From: an uncultured Pelolinea sp.
GTDB lineage: Bacteria; Chloroflexota; Anaerolineae; Anaerolineales; Anaerolineaceae
DNA length: 64,000 bases
Assembly: GCA_964451805.1 (NCBI GenBank)
Contig: CAYVJI010000003.1
Coordinates: 1,758 to 65,757, forward strand
Direction: 5' to 3'
A program made the translations under genes and the position numbers. Under the pieces are notes generated by a model that worked only from the letters and a program-made list of their open reading frames with translations, was not told the origin of the DNA and did not search any database. Position 1 is the first letter of the stretch; the number at the start of each line of letters is the position of its first letter. Positions 10,285-20,065 of this stretch are shown here, in pieces.

Positions 10285-12822
10285 TTATTGTGCTTTGCGG
10301 ACTTTCACGCCCAAATCCTTCTCAAGCTGAACGATAATGCGCTCTCTCAATTTTCCAATTTCTTTATCGGTCAGGGTACGGTTTGGCGCCTGATAGGTAA
10401 GGCGGAATGCCAGGCTCTTATAACCGGCACCGATCTGTTCGCCGCGAAAGAGGTCAAATAGTTCAACTTGCTTCAGCAGAAAGCCGCCTGCGTTTTGTAT
10501 GCATTCAACGATTTCGGTTGAAGGAATGCCTTCGTCTGCGATCATAGCCAAATCCTCGATTACCGGTGGAAAAGCTGGTATGGGTAAGGCGTTATAGCGC
10601 TGGGGTTTGAACTTGAAAAGTGACTCGAGGTCTAAATCGGCGGCGATCACTGCGGCATCGCCAAAATCATAATTCTGTTTGACTTTGGGATGCAGTTCGC
10701 CGAAAATGCCAACGTGTTCATTGCCAATGCTCAACGCTGAGCACTTGCCTGGATGAAAACTGGGATGTTGGGCTGGCTCGAAAGATACCTCCGTGATATG
10801 CAGCGCGGACAGCAGGCTTTCCAAGATACCTTTCAGATCGAGAAAATCCATTGTCTCGTTTATTGTCTGATCCCAAGCCCAGGGATGGCGTAATCCGCAC
10901 ATGGCAATTGCCAGTCGCGCTGGCTCATCCGGCAGCTCTTGCCCTTCACTGGGCAGGAATATCGGGCCAATTTCAAACAATGCCAGGCGGTTGCGCAAAC
11001 GGATGTTGCGCTCAAGCACCTCCAGCAAGCTGGCCAACAAGTTACGCCGCAGTACCCGTTTGTCCATTGCGATTGGATTTTGAAGCTCCACGTAGGTTTC
11101 TTTATTCGGTTTTGCATCCTCAGGAAATATGCGCATTTCCTGTTCAGGATTGGTGAAGCGATAACTGATGATTTCCTGCAATCCAAGGCTGACTAGTGTG
11201 TCCTGTATAAAACGATCGCGTTCATCTTCGAGATTTGCCCGCTGAGGAGGAAGCTCGCTGGAAAGACGCAGGGAAGGAATACGCTCGTATCCATATAGAC
11301 GCGCCACTTCTTCAACCAGGTCGGCTTGTCCGATGACGCCCTCGCCAATATCCGTGCGGTGCAGCGGTGCTTTGGCGCTCACCTGCTCCCCTTGCACTTG
11401 GCAGGTGAACTCCAACCGCCTCAGCAAAGCAGCGATTTGATCTGCGCTTAGGTCAATACCAACCAGGCGGTGGACTTCTTGCGGGGTGATGCTGATGGTG
11501 GGATCCTGGTAGGGCAAGGGATATGCATCCACCAATCCCTCGGCGATTATTCCACCGCTCCAGGCTGCCATGCGCAGCAGACATAGGCGCACGCCCAATT
11601 CAGCCACTGCCGGGTGAACCCCGCGCGCAAATCGATAGGCGGCTTCGGAATTCATGCGTTGCGCTTGCAGCGTTTTGCGGATATTGATGAAATTCCAGGC
11701 AGCGCCCTCCAAAAGGACGTTCTTGGTAGTTTCCCTGATCTCGCTTTCTTCGCCGCCCATTACGCCTGCGATGGATAATGAGCCGCGCGTATCGGCTACT
11801 AGGACAGTAAAATTGTCCAGTGTATGTTCCACGCCATCTAACGTGGTAATCTTTTCGCCTGCCTGGGCTGTGCGCGTGATGATGGTGGGTGTTTTGCCAT
11901 TGGCGCGTTGTACCAGTATGTCGTAATCGAATGCGTGCAGGGGTTCACCCATCTCCAGCATTACGTAGTTGGTGGCATCCACTACGGCATTGATCGGGCG
12001 CATGCCAGCCAATCTAAGCCGCAGCTGCACTTTGCATGGGCTGGGTTTTGAGGTGACATTCTGGATCAGACCAGCCACGAAGCGTGGATTCAGTTCAGGA
12101 TTGTTGATCTCAATTTTGACCATCTGATCGATTTTTACGCTGCTGCTCGGCAGTTCAAGTTTCGGGATGCGCAGCGGTTGGTCAACATAAGCTGCCACTT
12201 CGCGCGCCAGACCGATCATGCTGGCGCAGCGGATCATGTTCGGTGGAATCGAAATGGAAAAAACCGCATCGCCCATATAATCCGCTAAAGGAGAACCTTC
12301 TGGAGCATCTTCATCTAGAATCAAGACTCCCTCGTGTTCATCTGAAATGCCCAGCTCTTTTTCTGAACAGATCATGGAATACGATTCAACGCCTCGGATT
12401 TTCATGCGTTTGAGCGTGGTGATTTCAAAACCGGGTTGATGGCCGTCATAAAGCTGCGCGCCTTCTTTGGCGTAAGCCACCTTAAGAGGGTGCTTTAACT
12501 GACCAATTCCTATGTATTCAAATAAATTTGGAGCTCCCGTGAGAACGCTATGCTCCTGCTGCCCATCGAAAAGCCGGCACAATACCAGCCGGTCGGCATT
12601 GGGGTGCGGCATGACTTCGTCGATTCTGGCAACGACGAATTTTTCAGCATCCCATTCCAGCCCATGCAGGCTGAACCCTCTTGTGTCTCCTTGTGGTTTT
12701 GGCAGGCCGACCAGACGAATATCCTCCACTTCCAGCCCCAGCATGGTCAGCGCGTGGGCTAGATCGGGCAGGGGCATATTCACATCAACATATTCTTTTA
12801 ACCATGAAAGCACTAATTGCAT
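10285..12822 (-). CDS. pheT: Phenylalanine--tRNA ligase beta subunit
   Basis: HPNADRL tRNA-binding OB fold, VDATNYVMLE.G.PLHAFD, DLVEEVAR, FHPG, C-terminal FDX-ACB domain. Confidence 0.97.
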   Translation of the reverse strand: MQLVLSWLKEYVDVNMPLPDLAHALTMLGLEVEDIRLVGLPKPQGDTRGFSLHGLEWDAEKFVVARIDEVMPHPNADRLVLCRLFDGQQEHSVLTGAPNLFEYIGIGQLKHPLKVAYAKEGAQLYDGHQPGFEITTLKRMKIRGVESYSMICSEKELGISDEHEGVLILDEDAPEGSPLADYMGDAVFSISIPPNMIRCASMIGLAREVAAYVDQPLRIPKLELPSSSVKIDQMVKIEINNPELNPRFVAGLIQNVTSKPSPCKVQLRLRLAGMRPINAVVDATNYVMLEMGEPLHAFDYDILVQRANGKTPTIITRTAQAGEKITTLDGVEHTLDNFTVLVADTRGSLSIAGVMGGEESEIRETTKNVLLEGAAWNFINIRKTLQAQRMNSEAAYRFARGVHPAVAELGVRLCLLRMAAWSGGIIAEGLVDAYPLPYQDPTISITPQEVHRLVGIDLSADQIAALLRRLEFTCQVQGEQVSAKAPLHRTDIGEGVIGQADLVEEVARLYGYERIPSLRLSSELPPQRANLEDERDRFIQDTLVSLGLQEIISYRFTNPEQEMRIFPEDAKPNKETYVELQNPIAMDKRVLRRNLLASLLEVLERNIRLRNRLALFEIGPIFLPSEGQELPDEPARLAIAMCGLRHPWAWDQTINETMDFLDLKGILESLLSALHITEVSFEPAQHPSFHPGKCSALSIGNEHVGIFGELHPKVKQNYDFGDAAVIAADLDLESLFKFKPQRYNALPIPAFPPVIEDLAMIADEGIPSTEIVECIQNAGGFLLKQVELFDLFRGEQIGAGYKSLAFRLTYQAPNRTLTDKEIGKLRERIIVQLEKDLGVKVRKAQ

Positions 12823-12835
12823 AATTACCTCTCAG

Positions 12836-13879
12836 TTAAAACTGCTCTAGAAAACGAACATCATTTCCCCAAAAATGACGGATGTCATCAATACGATAAC
12901 GCAGCATGGAAATGCGCTCGATGCCCAAACCGGCTGCAAACCCGGAATACACTTGCGGGTCGTAACCGCCATTCTTCAGAACAATTGGATGCACCATGCC
13001 GCACCCCAAGATTTCAAGCCAGCCGCTGCCCTTGCAGACCGGGCAGCCTTTCGCGCCGCACACGAAACATTCAATATCCATTTCGCCGCTGGGTTCGGTG
13101 AAAGGAAAATATGAGGGTCGAATGCGCGTGCGCACCTGCTCGCCGTACATGCGCTGAGCGAATTCTTCCAGGGTGCCTTTCATGTTGGCGAAGGTGATGT
13201 CTTTTCCAACTGCCAATACTTCCACTTGGTAGAACTGGATTTCATGGCTGGCATCCATTTGCTCGTAACGGTAACACATACCGGGCAAGATCACCCGGAT
13301 GGGGTCGGGTGCGTAAGCGCGCATCGAGCGCACCTGCCCCGGTGAAGTGTGCGTACGCAGGATGACCCCTTCTTTGGTGGTGAAGAATGTATCCCACTGA
13401 TCGCGCGCGGGATGATAGGCGGGAATGTTCAACAATTCAAAGTTGAATTCATCGCTTTCCACTTCCGGTCCGCGGAAGATCTGAAACCCCATTTCTGCAA
13501 AAATGTGGCAGATCTCGCGCAGCACGCGGGTTTGAATGTGCAGCCTGCCACGGGCGGGTTTGCGTCCCGGCAGTGTAACATCCAACCGTTCGCTCTGCAG
13601 ATTCTCTTCCAGCTGCTCTTGATTAAGTTTTTCCAGTTTTTGATTGAATAGAATCTCCAGGTTATTCTTGATCTGGTTTGCCAGCTGACCGACCCTGGCA
13701 CGCTCATCTGGTGGAGATTCTGACAGCCGCTTGAAGATCTGCACCAACTCAGCCGACCGGCCTAGATACGTTGTGCGCCATGCCTGCAATTCTTTTTCCT
13801 TCAGCGATCCAGCCAGATCCTGTTCCGCTTGCTTTTGCAGATTCTCTAATTCAGTGATCAATTCGTTCTTTGTGCTCAT
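12836..13879 (-). CDS. pheS: Phenylalanine--tRNA ligase alpha subunit
   Basis: HPAR, LRTHTSP, RPSYFPFTEPS, EILGCGMVHP and GLGIER motifs. Confidence 0.98.
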   Translation of the reverse strand: MSTKNELITELENLQKQAEQDLAGSLKEKELQAWRTTYLGRSAELVQIFKRLSESPPDERARVGQLANQIKNNLEILFNQKLEKLNQEQLEENLQSERLDVTLPGRKPARGRLHIQTRVLREICHIFAEMGFQIFRGPEVESDEFNFELLNIPAYHPARDQWDTFFTTKEGVILRTHTSPGQVRSMRAYAPDPIRVILPGMCYRYEQMDASHEIQFYQVEVLAVGKDITFANMKGTLEEFAQRMYGEQVRTRIRPSYFPFTEPSGEMDIECFVCGAKGCPVCKGSGWLEILGCGMVHPIVLKNGGYDPQVYSGFAAGLGIERISMLRYRIDDIRHFWGNDVRFLEQF

Positions 13880-13911
13880 TGCATCTCCATTTAAATTTGA
13901 TCAGGAGCTTA

Positions 13912-14195
13912 ATAAAAATAAACCCGTCCGCATGGGACGGGGTAAACCGCGGTACCACCCTGCTTGGTTGCATTCAATTACAACCCACTCGCTCCAACAG
14001 CCGCTCAATTTCCGGCGATTGGCTGCGCTGTTATCACTGCGCCAGCGGAATAGACTACTAGCCTTGCAGGCATTCACCCATTCGACTCAAGAGGGAACTT
14101 CAGCTGGTTTCCTTAGGGCGGGGGTTTCAGTCTCTGCCCCGGCCTCCCTGTCTAAATCTGCCAGATTACTTTCCTCTGTCAACGTCTTTGTCTCA
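13912..14195 (-). ncRNA. T-box riboswitch with Phe specifier upstream of pheS
   Basis: Minus strand: AGTA and AGGGAG...CTGAAA stem I elements; specifier GAAG-TTC (UUC at 14097-14095); T-box AAGCAGGGTGGTACCGCG (13965-13948); terminator ccgtcc-catgc-ggacggg followed by a U tract. Confidence 0.93.
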
Positions 14196-14249
14196 ACTTT
14201 TCCTTATTATCCATTAAAAAAAATGCTTGTCAAGGATGCCGTTTACAGA

Positions 14250-15029
<780 letters not shown>

Positions 15030-15647
15030 TTATTCTTCCGGTTCCCCTTCGCTTTTTTCTCCCAGTTCGAAACGGGCGAAACGCCGGATGACGATATTCT
15101 CACCCATGGAACCGATATTCTGGTTAAGCAGTTGTTCGATTGTGGCAGATTCATCGCGGATGTAAGTCTGACGTAATAATACCACTTCGTTTTTGAATTT
15201 CTCAATGGTTCCTTCGATGATCTTAGGGATGATGGCATCAGGTTTGCCCTCTTCTCGTGCGCGTGCCTCCGCAATACTTTTTTCATGCGACAAAACGCTT
15301 TCGGGGATTTCATCCTCGCTGACATAGAGCGGTGAAGCGGCGGCAATCTGCAGTGCAACCTCGTGCACGAAGCTGCGGAATTCTTCAGACCGGCCGACGA
15401 AATCGGTTTCGCAGTTGATTTCCACCATCACGCCCACGCGGCCATTGCCATGCGAGTAAACCTCAACCATGCCCTCTGACGCGATCCGATCTGCACGCTT
15501 GCTGGCGGCTGCCAAGCCTTTTTCACGCAGAAAATCTACCGCTTTGGTGAAATCATTGTTTGAGTTTTGTAACGCAGTGCGGCAATCCAAAACGCCGGCG
15601 CCGGTTGCTTCGCGTAGTTTCTTGATGTCTTCAGTTGTAATTGCCAT
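15030..15647 (-). CDS. tsf: Elongation factor Ts (short form)
   Basis: LRE.TGAG..DC, EINCETDFV and RRFARFELGE motifs. Confidence 0.97.
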   Translation of the reverse strand: MAITTEDIKKLREATGAGVLDCRTALQNSNNDFTKAVDFLREKGLAAASKRADRIASEGMVEVYSHGNGRVGVMVEINCETDFVGRSEEFRSFVHEVALQIAAASPLYVSEDEIPESVLSHEKSIAEARAREEGKPDAIIPKIIEGTIEKFKNEVVLLRQTYIRDESATIEQLLNQNIGSMGENIVIRRFARFELGEKSEGEPEE

Positions 15648-15717
15648 GCTTATTCCTTAAGTTTTTCTAAAATCAAAATGGTATATTGCGCACATAATGT
15701 ATTATGAGCGTATCGAT

Positions 15718-16674
15718 TTATTTTCGTGAGGTTTTGGCGTGAGGTTTTTCATCCTCATCGTCTTCTTCATCAACCAATTCCTCGTTCAAATCTTCTTCAC
15801 TCGGTTCGCTGTCTTCTTCTTTTTCCTCAGCTTCGCGTTTGCTTTCAGCTAATTTCTGCAGTGTTGCTTCTCCTAAGAGGTCCTCATCATCGAATTCTTC
15901 TTCCAGCTCAATGCGCGCGCGCGTGCGCTCTCGCACCTCATCTTCGCCGATGGGTTCCAATTCTTCTTTCTCCAGGTCTTCCTCTTTGCGCATGGATTTC
16001 CCCTCAATGACCGCATCTGCAATTTTGGCAATCATCAATTTGATCGCCCGAATGGCGTCATCGTTGGCTGGAATGACATAATCAATGTTGGTGGGATCAC
16101 AGTTGGTATCCACCATGGCGACGATCGGGATGGATTTCAAGTTAGCTTCATGAACTGCAGTGCTTTCACGCATGATGTCCACAATGAAGAGCATATCCGG
16201 CAGGCCTTTCATGTGGCGGATGCCGCTTAAATGCACCAGCAAGCGCTTGATTTGGCGTTCGATCAACAAGCCTTCTTTCTTGATCAAGCGATCCAACTCG
16301 CCTGTATCGCGCATCTTCTCTAACCGTTCAAGTTCCATGATGCGTTGATTGATAGTGACCCAGTTGGTCAAGGTGCCGGGCAGCCAGCGTTCCATGACAT
16401 AGGGCATGCCGCAGCGTTCGGCTTCCAGTTGAATGGTTTCCTGGGCTTGGCGTTTGGTGCCGACAAAAAGTACCGTTCCGCCTTCCGCTACCGTATCGCG
16501 GATCAGGTTGTAAGCTTTTTCTAAACTTTGCACGGTCTGCTGCAAGTCGATAATATGAATGCCATTGCGTTCTGTGAAAATATACGGCTTCATGCGTGGA
16601 TCCCAGCGGTTTGTGCGGTGACCAAAATGCACGCCGCTTTCCAGCAGGTCCTTCATGGATATATCTAAACTCAT
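15718..16674 (-). CDS. rpsB: 30S ribosomal protein S2 with acidic C-terminal extension
   Basis: [20 protein letters not shown] and [10 protein letters not shown] motifs. Confidence 0.98.
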   Translation of the reverse strand: MSLDISMKDLLESGVHFGHRTNRWDPRMKPYIFTERNGIHIIDLQQTVQSLEKAYNLIRDTVAEGGTVLFVGTKRQAQETIQLEAERCGMPYVMERWLPGTLTNWVTINQRIMELERLEKMRDTGELDRLIKKEGLLIERQIKRLLVHLSGIRHMKGLPDMLFIVDIMRESTAVHEANLKSIPIVAMVDTNCDPTNIDYVIPANDDAIRAIKLMIAKIADAVIEGKSMRKEEDLEKEELEPIGEDEVRERTRARIELEEEFDDEDLLGEATLQKLAESKREAEEKEEDSEPSEEDLNEELVDEEDDEDEKPHAKTSRK

Positions 16675-16680
16675 TGAAAT

Positions 16681-16790
16681 TCTCCTTTGCGTTATTCCTC
16701 CGCAGCTATTTTTTCATCCCCAGCCGCCGTTCTTCCGGCGACACGCAAGGATTCATCGGCTGCGTGTGTGATTTGGCTGTTATCCAACAG
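16681..16790 (-). ncRNA. rpsB (S2/t44-like) autoregulatory leader
   Basis: Minus strand reads ACACACGCAGC...GCTGCGGAGG as a closing helix with an internal cgccg-gaagaa-cggcg hairpin, resembling S2 leader architecture. Confidence 0.7.
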
Positions 16791-16903
16791 CGCGGCAAGT
16801 ATATCATAATATTTCAGCCCTTTCGTGCCAAGGGAAAGCTCAGAGAAAAGATATAATCACATCAGCGAAAATCAGTTTGAATTATTCTGCGAGGTAGTGA
16901 ATT

Positions 16904-17668
16904 ATGCATATCCTGGTTACCAATGATGATGGCGTTTTCGCCCCGGGTTTATTGGCAATGGCGCAGGAACTGCGCCAGATTGGGCGGGTTTCGATTGTAG
17001 CGCCTGATCACAACTGGTCCGCCTCGGGTCATGTGAAAACGCTCAGCCGGCCGCTGCGTGCCAAAGAAGTGACACTGCCGGATGGCAGTTCAGCCATCGC
17101 CTGCGACGGCGCCCCTTCAGATTGCGTCGCGTTGACATTCCTGGGCTTATTGACCGATCCGATCGATGTGGTGGTTTCGGGCATTAATCCCAATGCGAAT
17201 TTGGGGCACGATGTAACCTATTCCGGCACGGTAACCGCTGCCATGGAAGCTGCCATCTGGAACGTTCCCGGCATTGCTATTTCGTTAGATGCTCCCGAAT
17301 ATCACAGCGGAGCGCTGGATTTCAGCACCGCTGCCCAGGTGGCTGCCCATGTTGCTCGAATGACCTGCGCGCACAAACTGCCAGAACAGACTTTGTTGAA
17401 CGTGAATGTCCCTTACTGCTCCATGCAGGAGATCAAAGGGTATCGTATCACGCGCCAAGGGCTGCGCGTCTATCGTGATGAGTTAGTGCGCCGTGAAGAT
17501 CCGCGCGGGCGACCGTATTACTGGATTGGCGGGCAGGCGCCAACCGGGGTGCTAGAAGAAGGAACGGATTTCGGCGCTCTGGCGGAGTGCTATGTCTCTA
17601 TCACGCCATTAACCTTGGACCTCACCGCGCATTCATTTAAGGAGGAATTAACAGACTGGTTCCAATAA
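16904..17668 (+). CDS. surE: 5'/3'-nucleotidase SurE
   Basis: ILVTNDDG, SGIN...NLG.DVTYSGTV, DPRGRPYYWIGG and SITPL motifs. Confidence 0.96.
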   Translation: MHILVTNDDGVFAPGLLAMAQELRQIGRVSIVAPDHNWSASGHVKTLSRPLRAKEVTLPDGSSAIACDGAPSDCVALTFLGLLTDPIDVVVSGINPNANLGHDVTYSGTVTAAMEAAIWNVPGIAISLDAPEYHSGALDFSTAAQVAAHVARMTCAHKLPEQTLLNVNVPYCSMQEIKGYRITRQGLRVYRDELVRREDPRGRPYYWIGGQAPTGVLEEGTDFGALAECYVSITPLTLDLTAHSFKEELTDWFQ

Positions 17669-17691
17669 AGATTGTATAAGGATGTGGGTAG

Positions 17692-18678
17692 TTGAAAGCC
17701 ATCCTGATTTTCGGAATTCTGATGTTCCTTCTAGCGGTGGTCAATTTGCCGGTATCCTCAGCGCCGTATTCGGCTCCCACTGCATACGAGGTCATCGCGG
17801 CAGTCAACGCGCTACGCGCCAGCCATGGCATGGCGCCCTACCAGGTGGATAGCTTGCTGATGCTGGCTGCGCAGGGACAGGCGGATTATCTGGCTTCAAT
17901 GTCATCCTCGGGAGCGATGGATGGGCACACCGGCGCGGGTGGGACGAATGCCGACCAACGCGCGATCAATATTGGATTCCCGTATGTTGAAGGTTTGGAC
18001 ATTAACGAAAATTGGGCATCTCTGCCCATGCATGTTACGGTTGAGGAGTTAATCTATCATGTTTGGGGGGATGCAACCCACATGCACACCATGCTGCATC
18101 CGCGCGGTCAGTTGGTAGGGGTGGGGGTCAGCATCTCTGCTGAGAATGTGTATTATGTACTCGATGTAGCGGCTTATTGGGGTGACGCGGGTCTGACGCC
18201 CCAGCCTACCAACGCTGCTTATGGGGGCAATATTGCCACGCAGCAGTTCATTTCGCAGTACATCGCGCCCGTCATTAAAGCTGAACCGCTCTCTGATGGC
18301 TCAATCGTTCACACAGTGCAGTCCGGACAGTCGCTTTGGATGCTGGCGCATCATTACCAGGTGACCATTGACAGCCTGCGCCAACTGAATGGTCTGGGTA
18401 GCAGCGATATGATCTATATCGGGCAGAAGATCACCATTCGCGGACCTCAACCCGCCACTCCTACATCCATTCCAAGTACATCTGCCAGTCCAGCGGCAGC
18501 TGCAAGTATTATTCAAACGCCTTTGCTTGCGAACTCTCAGCATTCCACACGAACAGAAGATTCGGGGAGTGGAGGAGGCATGGATGCCGGCATGGCTTTT
18601 TTGCTGTTTTTCGGTTTGTTTGCATTGGGATTGATTCTCATCATGCTGGGTACAAGCGCTGAGAATAGCGGAGATTGA
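17692..18678 (+). CDS. Secreted, C-terminally membrane-anchored CAP(SCP)+LysM protein, copy 1
   Basis: Signal peptide; VNALRA..G / ENWA / H..TML CAP motifs; LysM HTVQSGQSLW..A; P/T/S linker; C-terminal TM helix. Confidence 0.8.
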   Translation: MKAILIFGILMFLLAVVNLPVSSAPYSAPTAYEVIAAVNALRASHGMAPYQVDSLLMLAAQGQADYLASMSSSGAMDGHTGAGGTNADQRAINIGFPYVEGLDINENWASLPMHVTVEELIYHVWGDATHMHTMLHPRGQLVGVGVSISAENVYYVLDVAAYWGDAGLTPQPTNAAYGGNIATQQFISQYIAPVIKAEPLSDGSIVHTVQSGQSLWMLAHHYQVTIDSLRQLNGLGSSDMIYIGQKITIRGPQPATPTSIPSTSASPAAAASIIQTPLLANSQHSTRTEDSGSGGGMDAGMAFLLFFGLFALGLILIMLGTSAENSGD

Positions 18679-18700
18679 CAATTCATTTATAATTCAGTTC

Positions 18701-19693
18701 ATGAAAAAGACTCGCCTTGCTTTAATGTTGGCAGTTAGTCTGATAGCGCTGGGAACCTTTGGCAGCGTTTATTCAGCCGCGCCTTCTGCCGCGGACCTGA
18801 TTTCAAGCGTGAATGCCTTGCGGGCTAACAATAGCTTGGCACCCATATCAACCAACAGTGCCTTGATGGCTGCCGCGCAGGCGCATGCTGACTACCTGGC
18901 CAGCACTTATGATACGAATTATCCTACTTGGGATGAAGGGCATATTGGCGCTGGCGGAACATACGCGCGTGACCGTGCGATAGCGGCAGGCTTCCCCTTA
19001 GAGTCTGGCATGAATGTTACAGAGAATTGGGCGGGTGGGAACAGCCAGACGACTATCTCGAATGTCATCTATAGTTATTGGGCGGATGAAACACACATGG
19101 CCACTATGCTGCATCCAGATGCTGTGGCAGTGGGAGCCGGTATATCCGAAGGGGCGAGTGGATCGGTTTATTTTATTTTAGATGTTGCGGTGCGTTACGG
19201 CTCGGGCGGCTCTGGCGGAGGGGTGGCTTCCACCATTCCTACCACGGCGGTAACCGCTCAAGTCGCTTTGGTGAAAGTGGCTGCCCCCGCAGAGGATGGC
19301 TCGGTCATTCATGTGGTGGATAGCGGGCAGGCTCTCTGGAATATCGCGGCTGCGTATGATGTCAGCGTGGATCAGATCAAGTTATGGAACAATCTTTCAA
19401 GCGATATCATTTCCGTTGGCCAGGAACTGCTGGTGCAATTGGCTTACACTGCCACCCCCACCCTCACAGCCACAAACACTCCCCGACCGGCAACCAGCAC
19501 CCCCATTCCCCCACGAACGGTTCAGCCAGGTGAAGCCCAACCAGAAGAATCCGAGGTGGATTCTGGGGGGGGATTTCTTGGTCTTGATCGTCAGAGCATG
19601 GGGCTGGCGCTGATCCTGATCTGCGGCGCTGGCTTGGCGCTGGTTGTGATCGGCTCGATCAGCAAAGATAAGCAAAAACCCCCATCCGAATAA
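18701..19693 (+). CDS. Secreted, C-terminally membrane-anchored CAP(SCP)+LysM protein, copy 2
   Basis: Same architecture: VNALRA, ENWA, HMATMLHP, LysM HVVDSGQALW.IA, TPT linker, TM plus Lys-rich tail. Confidence 0.8.
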   Translation: MKKTRLALMLAVSLIALGTFGSVYSAAPSAADLISSVNALRANNSLAPISTNSALMAAAQAHADYLASTYDTNYPTWDEGHIGAGGTYARDRAIAAGFPLESGMNVTENWAGGNSQTTISNVIYSYWADETHMATMLHPDAVAVGAGISEGASGSVYFILDVAVRYGSGGSGGGVASTIPTTAVTAQVALVKVAAPAEDGSVIHVVDSGQALWNIAAAYDVSVDQIKLWNNLSSDIISVGQELLVQLAYTATPTLTATNTPRPATSTPIPPRTVQPGEAQPEESEVDSGGGFLGLDRQSMGLALILICGAGLALVVIGSISKDKQKPPSE

Positions 19694-19887
19694 GTTTGGT
19701 CAAAAATTTGCCTAACCTCAGTCTGTTTTTTCTCCATAATTTTTAAATGATGGAATCTTAAAAGATCTTTTTCGCTGTATCCCTGTTCATGATTGGTTGA
19801 CATCCTCACATCAATCTATCATATAAAATCAAAGGACCATGATTCATCGCCTGTACAAAATGGTTCCTCAGGGATACAATAGCGCCC

Positions 19888-19974
19888 ATGTCGCTTCGCC
19901 TAAAAATGCGTTATTTAGAATATTTGACCTGGCATTTTTGCTGGCATTATTTTGTTTCCGGTGAGGCTGACTGA
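19888..19974 (+). CDS. Putative attenuator leader peptide MSLRLKMRYLEYLTWHFCWHYFVSGEAD
   Basis: 28-codon ORF not in the supplied track; 9 Y/W/H/F codons in a 14-codon stretch; TACAAT 7 nt upstream of the ATG; followed by antiterminator/terminator. Confidence 0.75.
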   Translation: MSLRLKMRYLEYLTWHFCWHYFVSGEAD

Positions 19975-20003
19975 CCTTATTTTTCTTCACACGCTGTTAG
20001 GTC

Positions 20004-20038
20004 AAGAAGCCCCCGGAACCCACGGGGGCTTCTTTTCT
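20004..20038 (+). terminator. Attenuator terminator upstream of the NSS transporter
   Basis: aagaagcccccg-gaaccca-cgggggcttctt-ttct; its 5' arm can alternatively pair with 19954-19968. Confidence 0.85.
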
Positions 20039-20065
20039 AAAATTCAAATTCAGAGGAGTTTTGTA

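Noticed and set aside
19839-19964. Alternative 41-codon ORF (MIHRLYK...LAFLLALFCFR) overlapping the leader peptide in another frame
   Set aside because: Its SD-like aagga is too close to the ATG, it spans the better-placed TACAAT, and it lacks a control-codon cluster. Disfavoured but not excluded.
19952-20065. N-terminal extension of the NSS transporter in the ORF track
   Set aside because: Runs through the terminator hairpin; the real start with an SD is ATG 20066.
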